Shown here: positions 45,110 through 56,319 of the stretch, one piece after another
How positions within the stretch are numbered: position 1 is the first letter of the stretch
How the letters are laid out: the number at the start of each line of letters is the position of its first letter
Assembly: GCA_039648975.1 (NCBI GenBank)
Contig: JBBWZK010000069.1
Span: forward strand, 4,428 to 68,427
DNA: 64,000 bases
Reading direction: 5' to 3'
DNA from: Blastocatellia bacterium
Lineage (GTDB): Bacteria > Acidobacteriota > Blastocatellia > UBA7656
Translations under genes and position numbers: made by a program
Notes under the pieces: model-generated
What the model was told of the DNA's origin: nothing
The model's database searches: none
Seen by the model: the letters and a program-made list of their open reading frames with translations, nothing else

Positions 45110-47209
45110 TTAAATGCTTTTTATACGGGCGCTCCAAGCTGGATTGCCGTCCGTAATGGTCAGCGTCAAAAACAAGATTGCTGCGCAACTCCGCCTTGGG
45201 TCTTGCGTGTTTTTCACGTTGAAGGTGAAGGTCCAATTAATATGCCCGCTGACGACTTTTTGACCATTACCTTTAGGATCGCTGGCTATCTTTCGAATAT
45301 CAGGAGTGTCAACAACGAAAAGCCAGCCGCGTTTCGTCCAATCTTCATTGCTTTCGCCGGGACCATCCGGTTCAGGTCCTAAATTTTTACTAACATCATA
45401 TGGATTCCCATTATAGAGAATAGTTACATTACCCATTCTCAGTACAATTCTTGATGCCACCCAATGGGCCGGGTCTTTATCATCTTTCGGCAACTGAACG
45501 CGGAGTTCATCAACATATCCCCAGAAGCCATCTTCGACAGGATTTTCCACCGGACCTATCGTAGTAGCAGAAGCAAAGTGCCCCCCTATGTGATAATCGC
45601 CGTTCAAGTGGAGGCCACGAGCTCCCAACGTCACATGGCATCTTTTTGGCGGCGGCGGATCAGGCTCATAGTGACAAGGCTCTGGTAGCGTTGGTTCTTC
45701 GACATTCAACCCCGACGGGTCAACGAAATCTACTGGCGACCCCATCACATACGTATACCGATTCCAACTCTGCGGCACCGACGCGTCCGCGCTTGGCTCG
45801 AATGGGTCCGCTGACTGGAAGCGACCTACAGCGGCGGCATAATTGCGATTCCCCGCATAGTCAGTACCGCTCTGACTGTCGCGCTCATAGCTGGTGAAAT
45901 GCTGCTTCTGTTGCGTGCCACTCTCCGCAAAGTCCTCACCATACGGTAAATGTGCCTGCCGTCCGACCACCGCCGCACCGCTGGTATTCAACGTCAAGCG
46001 CACGCTCAGCCGGTCGCTCAACAAGTAATTCGTCGTGCCGCTGGCGATCTTGGCGATGGGCCGGCTGCCGGCGTAGAGGTAATTCACCAGCATTGTTCCC
46101 GTGCCGCCATTGTGCTCAGCCAGTACCTTCCCCGCTTGCCAAATGTAATGCGTGAGGCTGCTGCCCGCCGTGGTTTTGTACCGCTGGTTCTGATGGTTAT
46201 AGGCATAGTTCGCCGTCGTGCCTGAGTCGACGGCCACCACACGGTTCTCACTGTCATAGGTGTAGCTATGCACTCCGTCGTTGGTCACATTGCCCGCCAC
46301 ATCATAGGTGTAATTCACGCCGTTGACGCTCTGGAGGCGATTGGTCGTCATCCCACCGCTCTGCTGCAAGACGAGGCTTTGAATCTGGTGGAAGCCTTTG
46401 GCGTCGTCGTAAGCTGCCGTACGGTTGCCCCAACGGTCATAGCTGTATGCCCGGTCGGCGCTCTGCCCATTCGAGGTCTGTAAGGATATTTTAAGCCTCG
46501 CTAGATTGTCGTAATAGTAGGTCGCCGATTCCGTCGTGCCGTTGATCGTTCCCAATACGCCGGTCAATTGCCCCGCATTGCCGGCTGTCGTGTTTACTCC
46601 CATCTGGCCGGCTTGCGCGTTGTAGCTATAGGTTAAGTCCATGCGATTGGTGTACGGCGACGTGGTGCCCGCCTTCTGTGAGGTCATCTGCATGCGCGCC
46701 GCGTCGTAGCCGAACTGCTCGGTCACGCCGTTGCCATACGTGTTACTGGACACTTGCCCGGCGATGTTATGACTATGACCGCTCACATAATCCGTGCCGG
46801 CGCTGCCGCTCGGATAATTGGCCAGACTACTCACGATGCCCGTGCTGTCGTGCCCAATATAGAGCAGTTGGCCTGACGGATAGGTCATCTGCGTCAACTG
46901 ATTGGCCTCGTTGTAGCTGTTGTAGCTGGTCGTGTAGTTGCGCGTGCCAATCGTCTGCACGCTACTGGCGATTCGGAAGCTGCTATCAAAAGTGTAACGC
47001 TCCTGATAATCACTGCCGACGTTGACCCGCAACAGTTCCCCCATCGCCGTCGTGCTGTAGCCGGTGCCGGAATCTTGGTCATAGATGTAAGTCACGGTCG
47101 GCGCGGTGGTCACTCCACTCACTGTGTTGTAACTCACCTGCGTCAGGCGATTAAGCGTGTCATGCGTATAGGTCGTCACCACGCCACGGATGTCCGTGCG
47201 CGTCGCCAC
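45110..47209 (-). pseudogene. Rhs/YD-repeat protein, C-terminal fragment (core end, DPxGL, unknown toxin domain)
   Basis: YD repeats, ..RFQSADPFEPS..NRYTYVMGSPVDFVDPSGL, then about 200 aa of unique C-terminus. The open frame continues upstream of 47209 without a start. Confidence 0.7.
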
Positions 47210-47988
47210 CGCATTGGCAGCCGTATAGGTGTAGGTCGTCGTCCATTGATTCGACTGGCTCGGATCGCCTTGCTCTGGAATCTTCTCACCAGTGAGTCTC
47301 GATAAGGCATCGTACTTGTTCTTGGAATCTGTCCGCCTTGATTGACCTCGGTCAGATTGCCCAGCACGTCGTAAGTATAATTCGTCGCCTGAGAGAGTAC
47401 GCCAGACGAGTTTTGTTCGTTGATCGTTACCATGTGACCCAAGCCATCTGTCAGCCGTTGCATCTTTCGATTTACTTGATCAGTTATGGTCACGCTGTTG
47501 CCACTGGAGCTGGTCTGCACAATTTGACTATCCGGCAAAGTCACAGTAGTTTGTCGTCCGAGCGCATCATAGCTGTAATTTGTCCAGTATGACGGCGTGC
47601 CGCCAGCAATGAACGGATTGCTCACGCCCGCTACCCGCCCCATCGTATCATAAGTTGTGTTGACCTGCCCGCCAAATTCATTTGTCTGCTTAATGACTTG
47701 GCCCCAGCCGTCGTATTCGGTCGTCGTCGTGATGGCCCTCGGCGTCCCCTGGTCATCATAGCTGATGGTATGTGCGACCGTCAGCGACCCGTCGTTGTAA
47801 CTGGTCGAAGCGACCGCCCCGCTCGGCGCAGTCGCTTGCGTGGCACGAAAGGCCGCGTCATAGGCATACTGCGTCTGTCGATTGTTGGCATCCTTCTGCC
47901 AATCCGACAGCCCGGTGTTGAAATCGTAATGCATCTGCTCGGTCAGTTGTGGCCCACCGGCATTGCCTTTCGTCACCTGTTCCGTCAT
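47176..47988 (-). pseudogene. Rhs/YD-repeat protein, middle fragment
   Basis: YD repeats continue to ..YTYDVLGNLTEVNQGGQ, then the sequence goes out of frame. It is in the same frame as the N-terminal fragment, separated from it only by the TAG at 48121-48123. Confidence 0.7.
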
Positions 47989-48120
47989 GGCCCAGAACGT
48001 GGTCTGTGAGGCTATCTGCGTCTGCTCGTTGCAGCAGGCTAATTGCTCTTTGACCGTGTTGCCAAAGGCATCTATCTTGCGCAGCCGTGTGTAAGAGAAA
48101 TTGTTCGCCAGGTCATACCA

Positions 48121-50592
48121 CTACGTCGTGCCAGTGACGTTGCCGCGCAATGTGTAACTGGCATAATACCAGGACAAATGGCCGGGCGGATTCTCAGGCA
48201 GTTGGCCTTGGGCGTCTCGGTATTCTTCCATGCCGCCCATCGCATTGTAGTCGTCATAAGCATAGATCGTCTTTGCCATCAGCACATCGTCGGCGTCGTT
48301 GGAATTCAGTTGCGCGTCATAGACGTCCGCCTCAATGATCAGATTGCGCAGGTAGGCGTTCACATAGCTGGTGTCGGTCTTGTAGACTGCACGCGTGCGT
48401 CGCCGCACCTGCCACTGGCCGCCCGCCTGATAGCCATACTCGCGCCTGTTCGTGACGTTGCCATAGCTGTCATAATCATAATCCACCTTTGTCGGCGTGC
48501 CCGCGTCGTCATAGCTCGTCACCGCCTGCACCTGCGGCTCGCCGCCGCCATCGTTGACGTATGCCAGTTCGCTTTTCGCCATCAGCGTGCCGCTGCTGTT
48601 CTTGACTTCGCTCCGCACCAGCAAGCCATTGGCTATCGCCGACGGGTTGGTTGAGCGTATCAGATTGTGCGTCGAGTAGTCGGGCCGCGTGATCGTGAAG
48701 GTCTTCTCCTGTGCGCTGCCGTTGGTGCTGCTCGAATAGGCGTAGGTCGCCGTTGGCGCATTCACCGCGCTCTCGGTACGTTGCGTGAAGGCCGGCGCGT
48801 CAGTAATCGGCCCCGCGGTCGGATAGGTGAACGACACATTGTTGCTCTCCACGCCGTCTGGCGAGCCGACGGTCATCTGCCGCCGCCCTGACATACTCGT
48901 GACGACGCCGTAAATCGAGTAGCTCGGCATGTAGCCGGTGCCGGTCGCTGGAAAGGTGATATGTTTGAGCGTTGTGATGCTGCCGCCCGTGCCGCGCTCA
49001 ACCGTCAAGCCGCTGAACGTGCCGTTGGTCGTTACCATTTGATAATCGAACTGCACGATGGTCTGCGTCACTGGATTCTGCCCCGTGCCGCCATAGCCTG
49101 GCACGATGATCGAGGTCAGGCGATAGTTGGTATCATAATTGAATTGAATCATCCGCCCCAGGGTGTCAATGAGGTAATCAATCGCCATCGGCGCAAACAC
49201 TTCACAGTACATTCCCCCATTTCCCTGGACGCAATCGGGCTTGTAGGCAACCTGCACATAGTTGCCGTTGCGGTCGCTGATGGTCGTCGGCAGCAGGCGA
49301 TTGTTGACCATCGAGAAGTAAACACTCGTGCCGTCCGGGTAGTAGAGATAGCCTCCGTGGCTGCCATTGCCGGTGTAGGTGATATGGCTGCCGTCATTGG
49401 TTTCAAACGGCCCGCCCAGATCGTAACCGCTGCCTGCCCACGCGCCGCCGCCGAGATAATGGCGCGTGCCATCCGGGTCAATCAGCATGTACTTGCAGGT
49501 AGGATTGCCACCCGCTGATATATCATAAGTGACGATGCGTCCAAAGCCGAGCGAGAAGCCTGGCGCGGGCCAGCCTACGATGGCGTTATAAGCTACGTTG
49601 TTGTTGCGCCGCGACCACAGGCGGCTGTTGTAATAGAGTGTCAAATTCGCGCCGATACCGCGCCCGCCGAGGCTGACAAGCGGCGCGGCAAAGTTGAAGT
49701 TCGAGCCTTCCGGCAGCACTGTGCCCATGCGCGTGCTTTCAGCGGCGCGGTTGCGTGGCGAGCCAACGAGATTGCGCGGATCATTCCACTGTTCGTCATA
49801 GCCAAGGTCATCTGTCCAACCCGACTGCGCTTGTGCCGTTGGCGACAAGTGATTGAGCAGGGAGGCAGCAACTTGCTCGACTGTGCGGCTCTGGTTAGCT
49901 CCGCTGGTTGTGGTTTCATTGAGGCCCAGTTGGTCAGCTTGCCATTCGGCGTCTGACTGCCTTGGACGATGACCAGGCCGCACCAGCAGGGGAACGCTGG
50001 CCCGCACGCTACCAGCGCGACAGGTAAGGCGCACCAGCCCTGGCTGCAACAGGCGGGCCCGGCCTGCGTCGTCAATCACGGCCTTGTCGGCATTTGAAGT
50101 TTCCCAATCGAAGCGCACGCCTTGAATGATCTGGCCGCTGGCGTTAAGGGGCAAAGCAGTGAAAGTAACCGTCTGACCGAGATAGCCGACAAACCGGCGC
50201 GGGGTGACTTGCAGTTGCGTAACATAAGCGAGACGGTCAGCGAGAGTCTCTTGACGCACTGGTTTAGCCGAACGACGCAAGAGACCTTTGAACCATTCAA
50301 GGGCGACCGGCACCGGCGCTATCGTGTCTTTGGCGACTTGCACGGCTAGCGCGGAAGCGGCGCTGATGGCATAGCCGGCATCCGGCACAATCAACAACCC
50401 CAGGATGAGCACGAGGCAAAGTATTCGCCGCCGCCCGCCGCGAACGAACATCCGGGGCAGAGTCGTTGAAGAATGACGAGAACGGTAAGCAAGTGGCGAG
50501 TGCGGTGAACGCATGAGGATGCTCCTATAAGTCGGACATGCGCCTGCCCTGCCTGACATAAACTGAGTTCTTCTGATTAGCGAAAGCGGCAC
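48121..50592 (-). pseudogene. Rhs/YD-repeat protein, N-terminal fragment (signal-anchor, Ig-like domain, YD repeats)
   Basis: 823 aa ending ..RGNVTGTT then TAG. YD-repeat sequence (WYDLANNFSYTRL..) continues in frame after the stop. Confidence 0.7.
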
Positions 50593-51148
50593 GGCGACTA
50601 TGGGCTATGCATCTCCCCGCAGAAGCCGACGGCTTCAGCGATAAACTACGGATAGGAAAGCTGATTGCTACCGCAAGACTACTGTGGGCTTTTTGTTCGT
50701 TTGACCAAAATCGATTGAAATGTTCAACGACTTGAATTGTAATCTTGCTCACAGGTAGCAGAGGCAGCCGCGATAATATTCAATTCACATTTTAATGTCA
50801 AGGATTATTTTATTGGCAGTCTGCCTCGCCATGGCCTGAACGGCGAGGCGAGTTGACTTTGTAGGCAGAGTGCAAAGAGAGGTTAGGTTTTCGGCAAACC
50901 CTGAAGGTTCGCCTGATGAAAACTATTGACTCTCGCGGCATCCTCTCTTACCATCCCACCACATAGAGTCCCCCAATATGTTTGCTTGCCCCAGTTAAGT
51001 AGGAGTGTTTGGTTCTGCCCCTTTGGTGTTAGCGCGACCCCGCTGAACGCAGCAAGCCGAGCGTATTCGAGATGAGGGAACGGCCTCGCCTCACACGTCG
51101 CCCCAACCGCCGAATGCTCGCTGCCTGCGCACCCCGGAGCAAGCAATC

Positions 51149-54100
51149 ATGGCTCGATTCAAACTCCACCTGACGGTTCTTTCGTTCTTCATACTCGCAT
51201 TAATCTTTGCAGGGCGGCAGCCTGCCTATACTGATTCGTCGGCGCAAAAGTCGCCACATGCGGTCTTCGATGCAACCTATCGCAGCCGCACGGCGACGCA
51301 CAAAGTCATCATACAGGCCGATGACCCGGCGCTCGGCGGTTCTCTGCTGGCCGATGGCGCCACGGTCGTCGAAGACTACGGCAGCTTCGTGCTGATGAGC
51401 GTCCCGGATCGCGCGGCTGAAACCGTCTCGACGCAATCGCTCACAGGCTCCGCCGTGCGCGATGACATGAACGTGCTATTGCTGCGGGCGCATTCGTTCG
51501 ACACCACCAGCGTCAGCGATGAAGAATTTTCAACCTCATCACTCGGCGAGCTTGAGCCGTCCGACGAACAGCTTTATCTTGTGCAGATGGTCGGCCCGGT
51601 CAAAAAAGACTGGGTGCGCCAGCTTCAGGATGCAGCCGAGATCGTCTCTTACATACCCAACAACGCTTATCTCGTGCGCGCCACGCCGCAAGGCTTTGCG
51701 CGCCTCAGAGAAATGAAGTCCGGCGACCACAGCTTCGTGCAATTCGCCGGCTCGTATAAGCCCGAATTCCGCATCGCGCCGGAAATCGCCATCAATTCCG
51801 ATACAGTAATCAATGTTACTGTGCAAATCGCCAACGGCAAGCGCGTCGCCAGAGACATCGAAGAGGTTGCCGCCGTTTCTCAAGCCTTGATCGAGCCGCC
51901 GCACACGGCGCTCGGCTACACCAACTTGCGCCTGCGGGTCAGCGCACGGCAACTCGCAGACATCGCCCGCAAGAGCAACGTCGTCTGGATCGAGCCGTTC
52001 GCAACGCCCGAACTGCTGGACGAAAAGCAAGGCATGATCGTCGCCGGTCTGTATAACGGCAACACCTTGAATCCGCATGGCTATCTTACCTGGCTGGCCT
52101 CGAAGGGCATCACCTCGCCGCCCGATTTCGCCATTGATATCGCCGACACAGGGATTGACAAAGGCAGCCTCGACCCGGCGGAGATTCACAAAGACTTTCT
52201 CGGCGCGGGCGGCTTGTCGCGCGTCGTCTATGCGCGCTATGTCGCCGGCGGCGGCCTTGAAGGAACCGTCAACGACTCTCAGGGACATGGGACGATCAAC
52301 GCGGCGATTGCCGGTGGCTATAACGACAAGACCGGCGCGCCTTACGTCGACAGCGACGGCTATAGCCTCGGTCTCGGCATCCATCCGTTTGCCAAGCTCG
52401 GCGTCTCGAAGATCTTCGGGCCGGATTATTTGAGTCCGTCGTTTACGGCGTTGATCGATCAGATGTACGGCAGCGGCGCGCGCATCTCGAATAACAGTTG
52501 GGGCACGTATAACAATAATTACACAGTGGATAGCCAGACCTATGACGCGCTGGTGCGCGACGCGCGCGAGGGCGATGAAGGCAATCAGGAACTGACGGTC
52601 ATTTTTTCGTCAGGCAACAAAGGCGCGGGCGGTCATCTGACTTCGCCGGGCAATGCCAAGAACACCATCATGGTCGGGGCCAGCGAAAACCTGCGAGCCG
52701 GAATCGATGGCTGCCAAGTTGATTCGAGCGGCGCGGACGACATCAATTCAATTATTGATTTTTCATCCAGCGGCCCGACCACCGACGGGCGCTTCAAGCC
52801 TGAGATCATTGCGCCGGGCACACACATACAGGGAGCGCGCTCGCAGGACAGAGGCTTCACCGCCGGCGGCGTCTGCGGGCCGGGCAACTATCCGACAGAT
52901 CAAACGACTTATACATGGTCGTCGGGCACCAGCCATGCTGCGCCCGCCGTCTCTGGAGCTGCCGCCTTGTTGCGCCAGTTCTTCCAACAATCGGTCGGCC
53001 ATCCGCCGAGCCCTGCGATGGTCAAAGCCTATTTGACCAACGCGGCGACCTATATGACAGGCTTTCGCGCAGGCGGCACGCTGCCGAGCGCCGATCAAGG
53101 CTTTGGCCTGCTGAACATCGGTCGCGCGCTCGATGAAACACCGCGCCTCATGGTGGATCAGGATCAGGTGCTTGCCAACACAGGCCAGGTCTACACGCTC
53201 ACAGGTCATATCGTCGATCCGTCGAAGCCTTTACGCATCACCCTGGCGTGGACGGACGCGCCGGGATCGCCAGCCGCGAGCCCTGTGGTCAACAACCTCG
53301 ACTTGCAAGTTGATGTCGGCGGCAAAACTTATCTCGGCAATCACTTCAGCGGCGCATTTTCGTTAGAAGGCGGCAGTGCCGATGCGTTGAACAACCTCGA
53401 AGCGGTCTATGCGCCGACCGGCACAGCGGGCGAATTCACCGTGCGCATCGTGGCGGCCAACATTGCCGGCGACGGCATTCCCGGCAACGGCGACAGCACC
53501 GATCAGGATTTCGCTTTAGTCGTTTACAATGCAATCGGTTCGGACGGCAGCGGTGGCGGCGGCGGCGGTGGTGGCGGCAGCCTGGATTCGCCGCCGACCG
53601 TCAACCTCAAGTATCCGCTGGGTGGCGAACACATCACCGTCGGCAGCTTCCTGCGCGTGCTCTGGGATGCGTCGGACGATAAAGGGCTTCAGAGCCAGCG
53701 CATAGCATTCTCGGCTGATGGATTTACTTACAATCGGATCGGCGCGGTTGATGGCACAACGCGGCAATTCGACTGGCGTGTGCCGGCGATTCCAACGCCA
53801 GTGGCGCGCATTCGCGTGACGGCGCAGGACGGCGTCAATCTGCCTGTCTCGTCGACCAGTCCGGGGCCTTTTCAGATTGTCAGTGGCCCGCCCGACAACG
53901 TGCCGCCAACCGTGCTGGTGACCGCGCCCAACAAGAACACGACCGTTGGCGGCGGCCAGGCGCTGACGATTCAGTGGCGCGAAACCGACAACGTCGGCGT
54001 CGTGCAGCGCGTCATCGAGTTGTCGACTGACAACGGCAACACCTGGACGCGCATTCTATCAATCAGCGCGCCGAGCAGCGGCGAGAATCAAAAGTATGAT

Positions 54101-54511
54101 TGGATCGTTCCGGTTGATATGGCGACGCTGAAGGCGCAGGTGCGGGTTGCCGTTTATGACGGCGCAGGCAATTCGGCAACTGCAGTCAGCGGTGGCAACT
54201 TCGACGTCTGGCCGCTGCCGATCATTACCAACGTCGTTTATAACGAGGGCACGCCGGCTAACCTGGAAATCTCAGGCCGCAATTTCCGCAATGGCGAAAC
54301 CGAGATCTGGGTCAACGGCAAGGTGCTCGCCAAAATCTTCTTCCAGGACAAGTTCTACGAGGGCCAGGGCATCAGCCGCAAGGTGTTCAGCAAAGACAAG
54401 AAGCTCAACAAGAAAGTGCCGGTCAAATCGGAAGTCGCCGTCGTCGTGAAGTTTCCGAAGACCGGCCAAGCATCGCCGGCCTTCACTTACAAGCGGCCAA
54501 GAAACCCTTGA
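51149..54511 (+). CDS. Secreted subtilisin-like (S8) serine protease with C-terminal Ig-like domains
   Basis: The catalytic triad contexts are IADTGID, GHGTINAAIAGG and SGTSHAAPAVSGAAALL. It has a signal peptide and a G9 linker. Confidence 0.9.
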   Translation: MARFKLHLTVLSFFILALIFAGRQPAYTDSSAQKSPHAVFDATYRSRTATHKVIIQADDPALGGSLLADGATVVEDYGSFVLMSVPDRAAETVSTQSLTGSAVRDDMNVLLLRAHSFDTTSVSDEEFSTSSLGELEPSDEQLYLVQMVGPVKKDWVRQLQDAAEIVSYIPNNAYLVRATPQGFARLREMKSGDHSFVQFAGSYKPEFRIAPEIAINSDTVINVTVQIANGKRVARDIEEVAAVSQALIEPPHTALGYTNLRLRVSARQLADIARKSNVVWIEPFATPELLDEKQGMIVAGLYNGNTLNPHGYLTWLASKGITSPPDFAIDIADTGIDKGSLDPAEIHKDFLGAGGLSRVVYARYVAGGGLEGTVNDSQGHGTINAAIAGGYNDKTGAPYVDSDGYSLGLGIHPFAKLGVSKIFGPDYLSPSFTALIDQMYGSGARISNNSWGTYNNNYTVDSQTYDALVRDAREGDEGNQELTVIFSSGNKGAGGHLTSPGNAKNTIMVGASENLRAGIDGCQVDSSGADDINSIIDFSSSGPTTDGRFKPEIIAPGTHIQGARSQDRGFTAGGVCGPGNYPTDQTTYTWSSGTSHAAPAVSGAAALLRQFFQQSVGHPPSPAMVKAYLTNAATYMTGFRAGGTLPSADQGFGLLNIGRALDETPRLMVDQDQVLANTGQVYTLTGHIVDPSKPLRITLAWTDAPGSPAASPVVNNLDLQVDVGGKTYLGNHFSGAFSLEGGSADALNNLEAVYAPTGTAGEFTVRIVAANIAGDGIPGNGDSTDQDFALVVYNAIGSDGSGGGGGGGGGSLDSPPTVNLKYPLGGEHITVGSFLRVLWDASDDKGLQSQRIAFSADGFTYNRIGAVDGTTRQFDWRVPAIPTPVARIRVTAQDGVNLPVSSTSPGPFQIVSGPPDNVPPTVLVTAPNKNTTVGGGQALTIQWRETDNVGVVQRVIELSTDNGNTWTRILSISAPSSGENQKYDWIVPVDMATLKAQVRVAVYDGAGNSATAVSGGNFDVWPLPIITNVVYNEGTPANLEISGRNFRNGETEIWVNGKVLAKIFFQDKFYEGQGISRKVFSKDKKLNKKVPVKSEVAVVVKFPKTGQASPAFTYKRPRNP

Positions 54512-54535
54512 GGCTCGCGCCCAGCGGCAAAAATC

Positions 54536-54568
54536 AAAGCGCGGATGACGATCAGCCATCCGCGCTTT
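54536..54568. terminator. Bidirectional hairpin between convergent genes
   Basis: AAAGCGCGGATG (54536-54547) / CATCCGCGCTTT (54557-54568), a 12-bp stem. Confidence 0.55.
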
Positions 54569-54592
54569 CACTTATGAAGAAGACTACAAAAC

Positions 54593-55081
54593 TTAAACGC
54601 TAATCCGGCAGCCGCAGAGCAGTTCAATCTCAACTTCGGATTGATGCGTCACCGTATGGTCACGGCGTGCGTGCAGGACTTCAAGCGTATAGGGGTTGAA
54701 CACGATCACATCTTTGACGCCCTGCCGGAGATAAAATTCGCGCCCGATTTCCAGATCTTTCGCTTCAAACCCTTTGCTGATGACTTCAATCACCGCTTCC
54801 GGCACAAGGGAAATCGCCTCCTCTTCTTCTTCCGGCTCGCGACAAAAGATCGAAATATCCGGGCGCTTCAATGAACCATCCGGGAAACTGATGTAAACAT
54901 CGGCAGCGTGGATCCAGTCACACCGTGTCTGCGATAAGGCAGGCGACTTGCGAATCCCAGAGCGTATGCGGTCAACGGCTTTCTGGTGTTTATAGACGGG
55001 GCTTGGTTCCCAGATCGGGATACCGCCGACAATCTCAAGCCTGACACCCATCTCATCTGCCCGCAAGAATCTTGAATCCAT
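54593..55081 (-). CDS. Uma2-family (DUF820) endonuclease
   Basis: ..GIPIWEPSPVYKHQ..PDISIFC..PEAVIEVISKGFEAKDLEIGREFYLRQGVKDVIVFNP.. is the typical Uma2 pattern. Confidence 0.7.
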   Translation of the reverse strand: MDSRFLRADEMGVRLEIVGGIPIWEPSPVYKHQKAVDRIRSGIRKSPALSQTRCDWIHAADVYISFPDGSLKRPDISIFCREPEEEEEAISLVPEAVIEVISKGFEAKDLEIGREFYLRQGVKDVIVFNPYTLEVLHARRDHTVTHQSEVEIELLCGCRISV

Positions 55082-55102
55082 TGCCGCTCCGTGAAATGTA
55101 AT

Positions 55103-56317
55103 CTAAGTTGTTTTCGCTTTCAATCCTTTGCGCGCGCCTTCGTTGGCGACTTCGGCCTGTTCGATGGCGCGGCGCAAGGCGTCGCTTTCGCGCTCGTCAT
55201 TGGTCGCAGGCGTCAAGGCCCGCAAGGTCTGCAACTGATGGTCTGTCCCTTCGCGCAAAATGTCCAGCGCTTTCGCAAGCGCCTTGCTCTTCGGATTGTG
55301 TTCGTAAGCGTCTTCGAGCTTGGCGATGCATTCCTCGATGGCGCGGGCATAGTGGCGCAGCAGATTGGCGCGATCCAGCTTCGGCAACTCGCCCCATTCC
55401 TTCTTCTCTTCTTCAGTCTTCTTCTGCGCTTTCACTTCGGTTGGCGCAGGCACAGGGTTGAGGGCCGCAAGCCTGCGGTCGGCGATCCTCATGAAGACCT
55501 TGATGCGGTCGTCAGGCGATTGCGCCTTGCGGACGTGGTCGTCCTCTTCTTCGGTCAGGTAATCGCCGGGAATCTGCCGAACCCATCGGCGCAGGCTCGC
55601 CGCGCGCAGTCCATCACGAATTGGTAATGAATATCGCCAGATCACTTGATACAGGATTGACTCAACGCGCCAGGATTCGAGCGCCAGCGGAGAGGCCGGC
55701 GGCAGCAGATTGTTGCGGTTCTCGGTCTGCGGCGGCTTCTCGGCGTCAGGGTCTTTCAAGACCTCGCCGCTGGCAATGGCGATGTTGAGCATCTGCACGC
55801 GAAAGCGCTTGGCGCGTTTGATGGCGGCTTCGGCAAACTGCACGCGCTCGGCGGGAAACAGGCGCTCGACGGATTCCAGCGTCCGCAGTTCTTTGTACAG
55901 CGATTGCTCGACCTTTTTCGCGGCGCTGCGCTTGCCATCATCGAGCGCCTCGGCGGCCTTCACGCATTCAGCCATCGCCTTTTGAAAGGCGTCAAGCTCA
56001 CGTTCAGCGCGCAGCGTATCATTGCTTTTGATCGCAGTGAGCGCCGCTTCAACGCGCCCTTCGGCGATCTTCATGTAAGCTTCAACTGCCTTCTTGGGAT
56101 TGTGCGCCTCGGCAAGCAAGCCCTTCTCCTGCGCCGTCAGCAGATCGGCAAGCGGCGTCGGGTCAACCGGCAATGGCGGCAGGTCGCCTTGAGCCTTTGC
56201 AGCCGGCGCGTACAAAATAACCAGGCCGACAAGCAGCGCAGCGGCGACGCTTGGCAGCCAGCCCCGCAAGCGAGCCGCCGCCGTCGCGCCTTTGTCAGAA
56301 TCATCGCTGTCCTTCAT
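55103..56317 (-). CDS. Secreted helical protein, unknown function
   Basis: The ATG at 56315-56317 lies 2 nt after the upstream stop. A signal-anchor (VAAALLVGLVILYAPAAKA) is present and the sequence is charged and helical. Confidence 0.45.
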   Translation of the reverse strand: MKDSDDSDKGATAAARLRGWLPSVAAALLVGLVILYAPAAKAQGDLPPLPVDPTPLADLLTAQEKGLLAEAHNPKKAVEAYMKIAEGRVEAALTAIKSNDTLRAERELDAFQKAMAECVKAAEALDDGKRSAAKKVEQSLYKELRTLESVERLFPAERVQFAEAAIKRAKRFRVQMLNIAIASGEVLKDPDAEKPPQTENRNNLLPPASPLALESWRVESILYQVIWRYSLPIRDGLRAASLRRWVRQIPGDYLTEEEDDHVRKAQSPDDRIKVFMRIADRRLAALNPVPAPTEVKAQKKTEEEKKEWGELPKLDRANLLRHYARAIEECIAKLEDAYEHNPKSKALAKALDILREGTDHQLQTLRALTPATNDERESDALRRAIEQAEVANEGARKGLKAKTT

Positions 56318-56319
56318 GC

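Noticed and set aside
48043-49518. Plus-strand ORFs of 203 and 185 aa within the Rhs gene
   Set aside because: They are antisense to clear YD-repeat coding sequence and have no motifs.
51539-52384. 281-aa minus-strand ORF inside the S8 protease gene
   Set aside because: The plus-strand frame carries the complete D/H/S catalytic motifs. The antisense product is Arg/Ala-rich with no recognisable motif.
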